Below are positions 10,897 through 24,800 of a stretch of 64,000 nt of DNA, piece after piece. The position numbers and the translations under genes were made by a program. The notes beneath the pieces were generated by a model, which did not search any database, was not told the DNA's origin, and saw only the letters and a program-made list of their open reading frames with translations. How positions within the stretch are numbered: the stretch's first letter is position 1; each line of letters opens with the position of its first letter. Origin of the DNA: Macrostomum lignano (lineage: Eukaryota); contig NIVC01000016.1 of assembly GCA_002269645.1 (NCBI GenBank), forward strand, positions 1 to 64,000, given 5' to 3'.

Positions 10897-12762
10897 TTTT
10901 TGTGTTTACCGTTTCGCTTTGGCGTCTCTGATCGAAATTCCGAGTCCGCCGCAATCCCAAGCTGCTGCTGCAGCGCTGCAACCAAAAATCACTAAAATAC
11001 CGTCAGCTAAAAGAATAGAGTCAGCACCAAGAGGAACTGAAGTAGAGAACCAGAAAACTACTGGTCTTGCCCTTGCAATTTTCATTCATTTGAGATATTT
11101 ACTAAAGAAATTGATAATGCAATTTTCGCAATTGCAGTTGCGCAATGTTTGAATCAGTTGAAAATTTGAACATTTTCAGACTTGTCCACTTCCAACACAG
11201 AATTGAATATCGGCCTGGTTGTCACAATTTCACAAACTGAAATAACTGCAGGAGTTTGGGTGCCCTTAGATTAAAAGAAATTATGTGCAATGTGCCCTCC
11301 CACCAATAGCCCCCCCCCCACTTTGAAATATGTTCCGACACCGCTGCAAGCTGTGACCCTTTTAAAAAATTAAAACGATGAGGTTAAACTAAGGTTTGTT
11401 AAACTGAGTTCACCTCAGTAAAACTGAGTAAACCTCAATTAGTTAAACTGAGGTTTAACTAATTTAGTTAAATTAAACTAAATTAAATGAAACAAAATGG
11501 AAGAATTAAACTAAAATCAAATTGATAAGTGTCAAAATGCAACTAAGAAATTAAACGCTTTAATGTTTACATGTCAGTTAAAATTGTTTTGAAAAATTGT
11601 TTTGTTTCATTTTGACACATGCATTAAAAGACACCATCAGATGATGCTTATATTTTGTCACTGTGTGTCACTAGAATTTTGATTTGCCTTTTATTTCTAG
11701 AATAACGAAATCCGGTTGGGTTAAGTTAAATCCCCAAACCTGACGTGGATTTTTCGTAAAAAATAGTGCTACTCAACCTTAAAGTCACTATCGAATGAAA
11801 TAGTTCTTTTAAAACTCAAAAGAGTCACATGTGAAATAGCCGCCTGACAAAAATTGTGAAAATCAAAAAACTTTAACGGAATGAGATTGAAGGTAAGTTA
11901 AACAAAGTGTCATAACCTTAAACTAGTTATTGCGCTAGTGTGCTGCAATATTACTTTTATTAACCTTTAAATAGTTTTTTCAAAAACTTTTTAGGTTGTA
12001 ACGTGATAAACACTTTTATACGCTTCGATAATTCAAAAGTATAGTTTTCCGCGAACCACTTCTCCACGCTTTTCATGCACGGTGTCTTAACGGTCTAATT
12101 AAAGATAAAGGCATGCGAATACAGCAGCATACAGGCTTCAAAGCCGATCTTGTCTCGAGTTAACTACCTTTGCTTTGAATGACCAAAATTATTTCTTGAA
12201 CTTATGACTATGATATCTTAAAATTATGTCTACTATGGCATTTAAGATAGGGTTTTAAACTGTTTTTAGTGTAAAAATAAAGCCATACATATGGGCTATG
12301 GCCATTCCAATTTAATTTGAGCCTTGCAAAGAGGCAACTAATATTTCTATTTGTTTTCTAATAGAAATTATGATTCTAAATATATTGATATATTAGTATC
12401 TATAAAAATTATATATTTATATAACAGGAAAATTTATTAATTTCATAATATTTTATGAATCTTTTGACATTTTTGTCTTTGTAGTTAAAAGTTATAAAAT
12501 AGAAGTTGTTATTGTTAATGTTATTATTTTATGTAGTACAAGTTGGACTAATCTTTAACCCTTATCTATTTAAAGTATCATATATTAATTTTATTAGATT
12601 TTCTTTGTTTGATTTTATATAACATAATTTTAGTAAATTCATGTATTCCTTCACTAATAATAATTCTATTTTGTTTATGCTACTAATCTTCATCATGAAT
12701 AAGTTGATATTAGTGCTTTGAATTTAATTTTTCATGCCTGCTATTAAGCTGAAGAAGACAAA

Positions 12763-15462
12763 ATGATACATACTACAAATAAACTGTCGCTAATGTTTGC
12801 ATGGTTGTTTTTACCTTGGCTTCTGCTTCCTCTATCAACTCAAGCTGTGTCCACCCCAGCTGCTAGCCAGTGTCAACAGATTGGCAGCTTATGCAACTTG
12901 ACTGTCTGTCCTAACCAAGATAGCATTCTTGTCCCATGTCCAGAATTGTCTTCTACTGAGTCAATTGATCGCATTGAGTATCTGCCTTTGCCTATTGGTA
13001 GCTCAGATCAATGCAGCTTGGATGACACCAGTCAGGCATTGCCAGCCTGTCTCAGTTTGAGAAACTTGGACCTGAATGAAGAAAGCTCCAATTTGAGAGA
13101 CTGCTATACATCGCTGAAAAACAGCATTAGGGATCAGCTGAAACTCCGTGCAACTGGGCGCTGTGTGCTGAACATCCCACTCAGGCTTGCAAGTGCCTGT
13201 TATCAATTGGGGAAGTCAGACGATCGTCTTCTCAGATCCTCAAAAGACTGCAGTGAGCTGGCTAGTGGAAACCAGCTATATTTTATGAATATTGTGTTGT
13301 CAAGAAGTAAGTAAAGATTTTTTCTTTTATGAATTTGATTTTATGAAGTGGTGGAAAGTCGTTGTAACCTTGTCCTTTACACCAATCTCAATCCCTCCTC
13401 ACCAACCTCATTCCCCCATCACCAACCTGCCTCCCTCGCCTCCCTCCTCACTAACCTCACTTCCTCCTCACTAATCTCACTCCCTCCTTACTAACCTCAC
13501 CTCACTCCCTCCCTAACCTCACTCCCCCATCACCAACCTACCTCCCTCGCCTCCCTCCTCACTAACCTCACTCCCTCACTCCTCACTAACCTCACTCCCT
13601 CACTCCTCACTAACCTCACTCCCTCCCTCCTCACCAACCTCACTCCCTCCTTCACCAACCTCATTTCCTCCTCACCAACCTCACGTCTCCTCGCAAACGC
13701 TGATTCTTCCACATGAGTTGCTAAAGCAGTTTAACTATGCTGAATTCTCTATGCCTAACTTTCACTCCGCAGAAGTTGCTCCAACGTTGCCATTCACTAG
13801 CAGCACCACGACAGCCACAACAGCAAGTGAGTTATTTATTTTTCTTTCTAAAACTGTATTTTTTCTTTCTTTTCTAAACAACTATTTCTAATGTCTCAAT
13901 CGTGAAAAAAATAACTCGCTTAAAAATTGTGCGCTATAGCGTCCCTAACGACCAGTGATTTCCCGTCGGTGATGACAAGTGCCACCGTTGCTAGCACAAA
14001 AATTGCCGACAGCAGCAGCAGCAGCAATGACATCAGCAGTACAACTAGTGGCATCAGCAGTACAACTAGTGGCATCAGCAGTACAACTAGTGGCATCAGC
14101 AGTAGCCGCAACGGGGATAGAGGCAGCGAATTCTCTGAGCAGCAAAGTAGCACAATTGCAAGGCCAGGTATTCTGAATCCCGTTTATTCGTCTAAGCATA
14201 ACGCGGTTGCTGTGTCAACTACAATAGTCTGATTCAATTTGATGTGAAAAAAATGTTTGACTTTTTTATTTGATTCTTACAATATTGCATCTTTAGAGTT
14301 TGGTTGTGCCTGTTCTTATACTCGAATTCTTCTGCTTGAGGAAGGTTGCCAGGATATGGACAGCGGTTTTCAGGGTAGACAGTGAGGTAGCCAGGGTAGA
14401 CAGTGAGGTAGCCAGGGTAGACAGTGAGGTAGCCAGGGTAGACAGTGAGGTAGCCAGGGTAGACAGTGAGGTAGCCAGGGTAGACAGTGAGGTAGCCAGG
14501 GTAGACAGTGAGGTAGCCAGGGTAGACAGTGAGGTAGCCAGGGTAGACAGTGAGGTAGCCAGGGTAGTCAGTGAGGTAGCCAGGGTAGACAGTGAGGTAG
14601 CCAGGGTAGACAGTGAGGTTTCCAGGGCAGTCAGTTGCCAGGGTATGGGCAAGCTGAAACAATGTAAAACTACTGCGAATATCAAAATCTGCTGAGACTT
14701 TCTAAAAAGAGGGCCTAATTCAGGCTAATTGGACTAACCGTATGTATCGGTGTGTGCGGGGCAGTACTAGCTCGATTTCTTACAGCGGTGCAGAAACTGC
14801 GCAGTCTGCCTGGGTGTGCCAGAACTTCTGTCAATAATAAAATATACAATAAGTTTTTTCTGCTCTCTATTTTTTTCTTCCATACAGTCTCTGCTTTTGT
14901 AAATATACATTTTTGTATCGGTTTGTGCTTTAGAGAAATCTTGGGGAGACGGAATCAACAGCATCAAGTTATTGCTATTCTGAGTATTGCAGAATAGCAC
15001 TGTTGGGCCATTGGCAGATCAGCAGTTTACGAGCGTACTGGCGAAAAAATATGGGGCACTTTTTCACGGGATTTGCAGCTGCGAGTCTGGCACTAATTTT
15101 CCCATCATCCACCTCATCTCTTTAAACTGCGACTGCTGCATTCTCATTTGTCCCAATAGCCCCTCTCCCCTACCATCATCTGCTTCCCATCTCCTGTCGT
15201 TATCCCAAACAAGCCTTCTGATTTGCACTTTTCAGTTTGTGTCCGCCTTTTCAATAAGTTTTTTTTCGCTTTCTCTCCTTTCTCGTCTGGGCGATACTCC
15301 GTTAATGGGGTTGACGACTTGCAGGCAGTTTTTAATTTTTCAGTTCAGCTTATGGATACCTGTTAGTACCTGTTGATTGCTGGTATCACTATCCTGCATG
15401 ATAAATACTCACTGATAATTATTAACACTATGGTGCTGAAGTACTAGGACATACGCTAAGGC

Positions 15463-15539
<77 letters not shown>

Positions 15540-15570
15540 GGCAGACAGACAGACAGGCAGACAGACAGGC

Positions 15571-15619
<49 letters not shown>

Positions 15620-15728
15620 CACAGACAGACACACAGACAGACACACAGACAGACAGACATACAGACAGACAGACAGACACACAGACAGACACACAGACAG
15701 ACACACAGACAGACAGACAGACAGACAC

Positions 15729-15767
<39 letters not shown>

Positions 15768-18099
15768 CACACACAGACAGACAGACAGACAGACACACAG
15801 ACAGACACACAGACAGACAGACAGACGGAAATTTCGTTCTGTGCAGTTATTGAATTATCTCAGCAAAAAGATGATTAATATTGCATACCAGCTACAGTTA
15901 CCCACACATCTCTTCTCCAGAATGTATAAAGGCTGGGGCATCCGGACGGGATGGTGAACGCCCAGCCTCTCCGGTCTCCAATGTACTTTTTTATTGGATC
16001 TCTGGGACCTGCCTGCAAGTCAGTCAGCTATACGGAGAAAGTGAACGAACTGTGGATTTTTATCTAAATTATGCTCTTCTTTGAGTAGCACTTCATCCTC
16101 TCTGAGTCCAAGATGACTCACTTGCGTCGAGGCGAGTTTAGTGCACAGCTGTACTGTCTGAGCAAATTTATCCCCAGAACTCCACCATAACTGAGGATTC
16201 TTTAGCTTAGCGGACTTTCCAGGGAAGAGGCGGCAAGAGATGTGGATGGGCGGAGAGCCAAGCGCAGAGTCTGATTCCCCTTTCCTCGACCGAGCAGTGC
16301 TATTTATAGCACACTCTTCGCCGGCCTGGGTTTAGGAATCCCGGCGTGTCCTCTGTCAGGGACTCTTGAATTCTGCTAGTATTTGGATTGGAAACTAATC
16401 AAAAGAGGAACTATTTGTTTATTATTGAAAATAAATATTTTTACCTCAAGGGCCAGGTATAAAATCTAGCTCATGCCTGTGGGCCAGATGAGAGGAAAGG
16501 AGAGGGGAATAGAGGAGAGAGAAGAGGAAAGAGATGATAGAAGAGAGAAGTTAAGAGGTGAGAGATAAGAGAGTGGAGAGATGAGAGGGGAGTGAAAAGA
16601 GGTAAGAACCTTGAGGGTGCCAGACTGTCAAGGTTCCAAAGACCCGAGTGCCGGATAGAGGGGCTTTGTGAGCCTGGGTTTGCCGAACCCCTGATTCTAT
16701 AGTTAGCTGCCTTCCCGTCCTTGTCCAGTCCACGTGGCTGTGTTAGTAGTCCATGCCAGCCTGCCGCTGTATCTCTCTCCCCCTGTACTATCTGTCACTC
16801 CAACTGTCCCAACTTCCCCATGCAAGAATCTCCTCCCATGAGTCATCATTGCCAAATTTGTCCAGCGCATAAAATTCGTAAAGCATTTTATAGAATTTGT
16901 TTAGAAAAAGTCATTCGGTGCGTATTGTGCAAAAATCTGCGAGTTGAAACTTACTGAGTGTCTGTGCCGGCCTGTGTGGTCCTAAGAACGGCCCACCCAG
17001 CGCCACTACTAGTTAATAATGAGGGCATAATGTTCTTTCCGAATATCCATAGATGCAGTCGCTCTATATCATATCGCATTTATTTTTGTTTTTATCTGTA
17101 ATTTTTTTGCTTCCTGTAGCAGGAAATGTGAACCACCGCCATTACCGCTTTTGTTTACTTGACTTGTGTCCGCGCGGCCTGTTCAATCGGGTTTTTGCTG
17201 TCTAATTCTCATTTGTGGGATGTGACACTGACACTAAAATTGCGGTGCCTTTGTATTTGCGTGCGATTTTATGACTTCCATATTATCTAAGTTATTGATG
17301 TGCATAAAAATATGCATGCGCTCTTCTTGTATCAGTTATGTTTAGTGATTGTGTTCAACTTAAGTTTTATGGGCGACTTCGTTAGCGTTTAAGTGCAAAA
17401 ATGGTTGTTGGAGTGCCAAGATATGTTTTTTATGGTGCCGGAATGGGTACCGGAGTGCCAAGGTGTGTTTTAGAGTGCCGGAATAGGTTCTGGAGTGCCG
17501 GAATGGGTACTGGAGTGCCGGAATGGGTACTGGAGTGCCAAAATGGGTACTGAAGTGCCAAAATGGGTACTGCAGCGCCAAAATGGGTACTGAAGTGCCA
17601 AAATGGGTACTGGAGCGCCAAAATGTGTACTGAAGTGCCAAAATGGGTACTGGAGCGCCAAAATGGGTACTGGAGTGCCAAAATGGGTACTGCAGCGCCA
17701 AAATGGGTACTGGAGCGCCAAAATGGGTACTGGAGCGCCAAAATGTGTACTGAAGTGCCAAAATGGGTACTGGAGTGCCAAAATGTATGCCATAGCGCCA
17801 AAGTAAGCATCGAAACTGCTTTTACCACCTTGGAGTGACCGTGGCTGTAACCTTTGAGACATAAGCATCAATTTTTCCCAATTTCATCCGCAGGACCACG
17901 CACCGAGCCGCCCCGCTGTCCAACTGGCTTCGTGTTTGCTGTCAACGAATCAGACAGCGGCGTCAGCGGTCGCTGCGAGTCGCTGGCCGTATCTGGGGAT
18001 GCCTGCCGTAGCCTGGCTTTGAGAGCGCCGACGGCCTATCAGCGGGAGACTGGCGACTGCGCCCCTGTGCCAGACACTGAGGCCGGGGTGCGGCTAGCC
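12763..18099 (+). CDS. Secreted or membrane protein N-terminal exons (signal peptide, Cys-rich domain, Ser/Thr mucin-like stalk, second Cys-rich module); probably the 5' part of the adhesion GPCR
   Basis: Exons 12763-13306 (hydrophobic [18 protein letters not shown] then about 10 Cys), 13773-13826, 13940-14167 (S/T-rich, ISSTTSG x3) and 17894-18099 (CPTGF...C...C...C) have GT-AG boundaries and phases 1,1,1,0. The phase-0 end is compatible with the exon at 29126. The link to the 7TM exons is inferred, and intervening exons are unresolved. Confidence 0.6.
13400..13690. repeat. About 24-bp C-rich intronic minisatellite
   Basis: CTCACTAACCTCACTCCCTCACTC-like units. Confidence 0.88.
14365..14620. 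repeat. 21-bp minisatellite (about 12 copies)
   Basis: CAGGGTAGACAGTGAGGTAGC repeated. Confidence 0.95.
15461..15826. repeat. (CAGA)n microsatellite
   Basis: Direct tetranucleotide repeat with CACA/CAGG variants. Confidence 0.97.
16435..16693. mobile_element. Truncated second copy of the Charlie-like element family seen at 9933-10896
   Basis: TTACCTCAAGGGCCAG resembles 9951 TTACCTTAAGGGCCAG. There is an internal GA-rich tract and a right end TTTGCCGAACCCCTG. The left TIR is absent. Confidence 0.5.
17440..17800. repeat. 21-bp minisatellite (about 16 copies)
   Basis: TGGAG(T/C)GCCAAAATGGGTAC repeated. Confidence 0.94.
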
Positions 18100-19399
18100 G
18101 TGAGTGGTGGGCCTTATCGTTTCTGTTTCTATTTTTAGAATAGCCGACTTATTATTATTGTACATATTCAATGACCCTTTAGACTTTGGGCTTTGAGTGA
18201 GAGTGTACATTGTTTCTATTTTTAGAACGGATTTGCCTAGCAGCGCTCAATGTACATTGTACATTCGACGCTTAATTAATCATCCCTCTTCGCTCTACCC
18301 CGCGATGGGTTACCACATCAATGTACATAAAAAAGTTTAGAATGTCATACTTACCTAATCCTCAAGTTATAACTTGTATTGGCTTCAATTTGTGGTAGCT
18401 CTTCTATTCATTTTCCAATTTTAACAACTCTATGATTTTAAGCCTCTGCTTAGATTTCCACCATTAAAATCAATTAGATTAAGTAGGCAGTTTTTATTTT
18501 TTAAAACTTATTGCACGCAAATAAGGGCTGGAGCTAAAAAAAGTTCAAATGAGTGACTCAGCTTGTACTGGAGGACCGCCAGTCGCAGTTGTTTTCGTTT
18601 AATCATTATCTTAGTGTGGGCGTGCGTAATTCGACTCCTGTAGTGCGGCTGCTTGATAGCACTTGGTTATCAAATAATGATTTAATTTTTTAGCTGACCC
18701 TAAATTAGCAAGCACTATGCTTAGTCAGTTTTATTTGCCTTATTACTTTGCTAGGTCTGAATTTTTTTAGGTCTCAAAAAAGTAAATTGTAAGCTTTTTT
18801 ATTAGTTAGCAAGCATATCAGTGGGGCACTGGGACGAGTGGATGCTCGTAGCATTTTGGACAAGCTGTACCGCACACGCAAGACAGTGCAGCATCTGGAA
18901 GTGTGTGTGCTTGCACCTATCTAGTGTCTGTGCGCGTGTCTGCATTGAGGCGCCCCCATCTCTATAGATGGCAATATCTTTTGGCGCATATTTCCTTCTA
19001 AACGCCTGTAGTAGGGAGTGTCTGTGTGTTCACTCCAGGTGGGCTCTCTGGCTCTTACCTCTTGGTGATGGCCTAGCAGCAGCTGTTATAGTCATCTTTG
19101 ACCCTTACTGATGCGCTGCAGTGGCACCGTAACCCCCCCTCTCAGCCCAAAGTCTACTAGGTGAACCGTGCGCGCATGTTTCTGATGTGTGAAGTTTTAA
19201 CAACTTTTTTTTTAAATTTGCTAATTAAAAACCAATGTCATGTTGCCTTTCTCAACAAACTAAGCATGAAACAAATGCTCATTGGTGCGAAAAACTTTAA
19301 AACACACAGGTTAGGAATCATAGTTTGAGTTACGCTAGATGGTCTGAATGTACTTTAAAAATGGAATAGGCGGAACGAAGTAGGAGTGAGACAAATCGA

Positions 19400-19908
19400 G
19401 AGAAGTGGAACGAGAGGAGGGAGAGAAGAGAAAGGAGAGGAGGGAGAGAAGAGAAAGGAGAAGAGGAAGGAGAGGAGGGAGAGAAGAGGAAGGAGAGGAG
19501 GGAGAGAAGAAGAAAGAGAGGAGGGAGAGAAGAGGAAGGAGAGGAGGGAGAGAAGAGGAAGGAGAGGAGGGAGAGAAGAGGAAGGAGAGGAGGGAGAGAA
19601 GAGGAAGGAGAGGAGGGAAAGAAGAGGAAAGAGAGGAGGGAGAGAAGAGGAAGGAGAGGAGGGAAAGAAGAGGAAAGAGAGGAGGGAGAGAAGAGGAAGG
19701 AGAGGAGGGAAAGAAGAGGAAAGAGAGGAGGGAGAGAAGAGGAAAGAGAGGAGGGAGAGAAGAGGAAGGAGAGGAGGGAGAGAACAGGAAGGAGAGGAGG
19801 GAGAGAAGAGGAAGGAGAGGAGGGAGAGAACAGGAAGGAGAGGAGGGAGAGAAGAGGAAGGAGAGGAGGGAGAGAAGAGGAAAGAGAGGAGGGAGAGAAG
19901 AGGAAGGC
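19400..19908. repeat. Purine-rich (GAGAGGAGGGAGAGAAGAGGAAG)n repeat
   Basis: Almost pure A/G tract with about 23-bp periodicity. Confidence 0.93.
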
Positions 19909-20499
19909 AGTTGAGATTTCAATCCGTGTCCGGCTTCCCTGCATGAGGCAATTTCTTCACCATAAATCAAGGCGTAAAAGGTTGTTATCACTTCCTCGAA
20001 CTTATTTTTGAGTCTCAGTGACCGCCGTTTTTCGCACGCTTCGATAAGGTAGTTTGGTTGCAGAAAAAGGCAACTGAGGATTGTAAATCATTCAGTGCCT
20101 CTGGATTGTCGCCATGGCGAGCGGTTCGCTTCTCTTCCGCAGTTCTTGGAAAATAAACTTCTCAGGCTTTAAGTAGCCTTGGCTTCGCATGCTCAAAACT
20201 CCACCGCATGCAGGATTTCCTGCTGGGTTGGATAAGGAGTTTGATAACCCTCTGTTGGCTGAGGCTGGAGGCTTATTTTTCTCCTGTCAGATTAACCAGC
20301 CTCTTCATCAGCTGATGCTCTGTGCGGCTTGCGGGCTTGCCTTGCCTGCCGACCCGCTCCATCAACTTTGCGGAAGCTGCGTCTGTGCGGCCCGACTGGT
20401 TTTTAGTGGCTTGTTTACCTGATCCTGATGTTGCTCTGGGTGATGCTGAAGGTTGAAAATAAACTGAAGCCAAAATGACCATTACCGATGTCTTCTAGC

Positions 20500-21625
<1,126 letters not shown>

Positions 21626-21878
21626 GTCTAGCCTAGTCAGACCAGACCTTCGGCATTTTATAATCAAGTTATATAATTCTAGAATCAAATGCACTGCAGC
21701 TATCTGTATTCAGATCAGATTCATCCGTATAACTTTATGCAGTTCACCTTCAGCCGTCTGCCTGTGTCAGATTAGAGGATCGCAGCGAATATTTATGATG
21801 TCAAAGCGACTGCGACGTCCACTTTACTAGATTTCCAGTCTCCGTGTGGATGTCGCTGGTGGTGGCTCTCTGTCCAGC

Positions 21879-24800
21879 CAGGGAATCCTAAAGACTCCTA
21901 TCCTAAAGGGAATCCTAAAGGTTGAGTGGACTGAGAGGATAGAGAGTGCAGAGAAAATCACTGTCCAAATAAAGACTGATTCAATATGAAAGGAGCGCAT
22001 TGTACATGAGTGTACGAATTCTAAACATGATGACGCACTGTTGAATGCACACATAACTCTTATGCCCCTATCGAGCTGCATTTAAGTAAGCTTTCGTGTG
22101 TTCATAATCAAACTGAATATCCTCTCATTTGCAAGCATCATAATGGGTTACAAGTGCTGTGTATTTGGCTGCAAATCTGGCTACGCGTCGCAGAAGACAG
22201 AAAATGTGAGCTATTATGCTTTTCCTAAAGACACCAACTTGCGACAGCGCTGGCTTCGCGCCATTCCAAATGCTGATTTAAATGCTTCCGAATTTCAACG
22301 CGTCTGCTCGAAGCATTTCACTGAATCAGATTTCGTGAAGAGTTCATCGGATGCGAATCAACGCCGGAAGAAACGACGCTTTTCTGCATCTGATTCAAAG
22401 CTGCATCTGATTCGACTCAAAGACGATGCAGTTCCATCTCAATTTGAAGGCTTGCCGAAATACCTGAGCAAGCCAATTACGCAGGTAAGAAGTCAAAATG
22501 CCACTTCCGCTGCGCGCTTCATGGGAGACCAAGTCCGCTTAGATGAGGAAATCAGCGACTTTTTTGGCTCCGACGAGTTGTGCGATTTCAGCGATTTGAT
22601 TCAAAAGCTGGAACAAGCGACGATTCCCTCTGGATTCGTCAGAAGTAAGGAAGCAGATTCAGTCTCGTTTTACTTGATAACAAGATCTGACTCGATTTCA
22701 GCTCCTTGTCTGCTTGCCTCTATGACAGTACTGCAGGACCTTACCTTCCAAGTCTTCATCTCTGGCCTTTCTTGCTCTGATAGCATGTTTAAACACCTGC
22801 TCAAAGATGACTCGCTACATGTGCGTCAGCTTTCGACTTTAGAAAACATGTTAGCCTTGATTAAGTCTTCGGCTACTGTTGCTGTTGACTCTCGCAATTC
22901 AAATGTGTCGTCTGCATTTGTTGAAGGCGTTTTAAAAGTCTACCTCGAATCTTTGAGTGATGATTCTGAACTGAGCAGCAATGTCAATTTCTTAGCTGAA
23001 CAGTTCTCACTGATTCATCAAAAAGTATCTGCTCGACGATATTCACCATCAACAACTGTGTTTGCGTACTTGATCTTTTCGACAAGTCGTGCCGCCTATA
23101 AGGCAATCCTAGAAAATGGTGCCCTCTGCCTACCATCTGTAAGAAGCCTTGTCAGGCTAAATGCTGTTCTTTCGAAGGAGCCTGGAGTGGTTGAGGAAAT
23201 GTACCTGCAGTTGAGGACAGAGTCACTGTCTAGCAGAGAGAAGCACGTTGTGCTCATTATTGATGAGGTCGCAACAGCTAAAAGAATCGAGTTCAATTGC
23301 GACTCTGCTTACGGCCTTGCGAGTGACGGTAAAATGACCTCCTCAATTCTTGCCTTTCTAATCAAGTCCGTCGGCGCATCCTATCAGGATGTTGTCGGTC
23401 TATTTCCTGTTAACTGCTTGACCGCTCTGGACTTATGCAACATGGCCAAGGAAGTGATTGCGGCTGTCACAAAGAGTGGATTTGAAATTGTTGCATTGTC
23501 CTGTGACAACTCCTCTGTCAACCGAAAGTTTTACTCAATGTCAGCTGTACCTGAACATGGGCTGTCTATGCGACATCCATGTGACGATCAGAAAGAAATC
23601 TTCTTGCTGATGGACACTACTCACAACATTAAAAATGTGTATAACAACTTTCAGAGACGAGGTGTATTTCACTGTCCAGCGTTCGACAATTGCAGCAACT
23701 TTGTGGCAAGGTTCAGTGATGTTGAGGCTATTTTTGAAATTGAAAGAGGTCAGTCGTCAAAGATTGCCTTCCGTCTGTCGGAGAAGGTTTTACGTCCTCT
23801 TAATGTCGAGAGAACTAGTGCTTCACTGGCTGCAGCTGTGTTCGATGACACAACAGTTTCTGCACTCAGACTGTATTCAAGCACAAAGAGCACGGAGGTA
23901 GACACTTCAACGTTCAATAGCACAGCCAATTTCTTGTCCATGATCAGGAAGCTGTGGGCAATATTGAATGTTCGAACGCCATTCGCCGGTCAACAATTAA
24001 GAAGACCGGAAAGTGAGCCGCTAACTAATATGCAAGACTGGCAGCTCCAGTACCTTGCTGACTTTGTTGGCTTCCTAAAGAAGTGGCGAGCGGTATCAAC
24101 AGGCGCAGATGGTCTGACAAACGAGACATTTGGCAGCCTCATTCAAACATGCTCAGCCATTCCACTATTGTGTGCGAAACTTTTTTCTACTGGCCACTTT
24201 GACTACATTCTGCTGGGAAAGTTGTTGTCCGATCCTCTTGAAAGGCAGTTCGGAAAGTACAGGCAGATGTCCGGCGGATTGTATTTTATCAGTGCAAAGC
24301 AGGTCGTTCAGTCCGAGAATAAACTTAGAATGACTTCATTGCTTAAGCACTCGGAAATAGACTTGCTACGCTTAAAGAAGTCTTTCATGAAGGATGTTGA
24401 GCAGGAAGACACTGACGTTAGTCTAAGAGCAGCAGAAATCTTCGCTGATGTGTCAGATGAGCCATGCATGACCTTGCGCAGTAACGAGATGGGCTGTTTG
24501 AACGTGATGTTCTACATAGCAGGTTACCTTTCAAAGTCCATCAGCAAGGGATGTGCTGATTGTAGAGAATTTTTGGTGAGCGAAGACAAGGTCCCTCCAA
24601 TGGAAGTGACTCTCGACGATGCTCCTAATCGTGATTTCCTAGTTCGACAGTCATCACGGGGAGGACTGTGCTGTCCATCGGATTCTGCTTTCGTTCTCTG
24701 CATGACAGCGTTCAATTCGTTTTAGCTCATCAAGGGCTCCAAGCAGCTGCTGCAGAAGCTTCTTAGCTTTAAACCGCATCAAACATTCGCATCAGTCGTG

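Larger units (their letters stand above)
9709..11346. mobile_element. Non-autonomous TIR element (outer), containing a nested element
   Basis: CAGGGGTGTCGGAAC (9709-9723) and GTTCCGACACCGCTG (11332-11346) are a 14/15 inverted match. CAAGCTG occurs in both flanks but 3 nt off the left end, so the TSD is imperfect. Confidence 0.65.

Noticed and set aside
11380-11500. Locally repetitive, partly palindromic TAAACTGAG/CTCAGT words
   Set aside because: Short and degenerate, with no partner terminus or TSD to define an element.
14752-15376. Possible extra exons of the plus-strand receptor gene (ORFs 14752 and 14987)
   Set aside because: I found no splice combination matching the phase-1 junction between 14167 and 17894, which already join cleanly.
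15880-16390. Possible solo LTR (minus-strand TATAAATAG near 16305)
   Set aside because: No TG…CA boundaries with a TSD and no second copy in the window.
18550-20480. GC-balanced patches with short open frames on both strands
   Set aside because: There are no recognisable motifs, several stops, and ambiguous splice sites. They may be unresolved exons or TE debris, so I did not call them.
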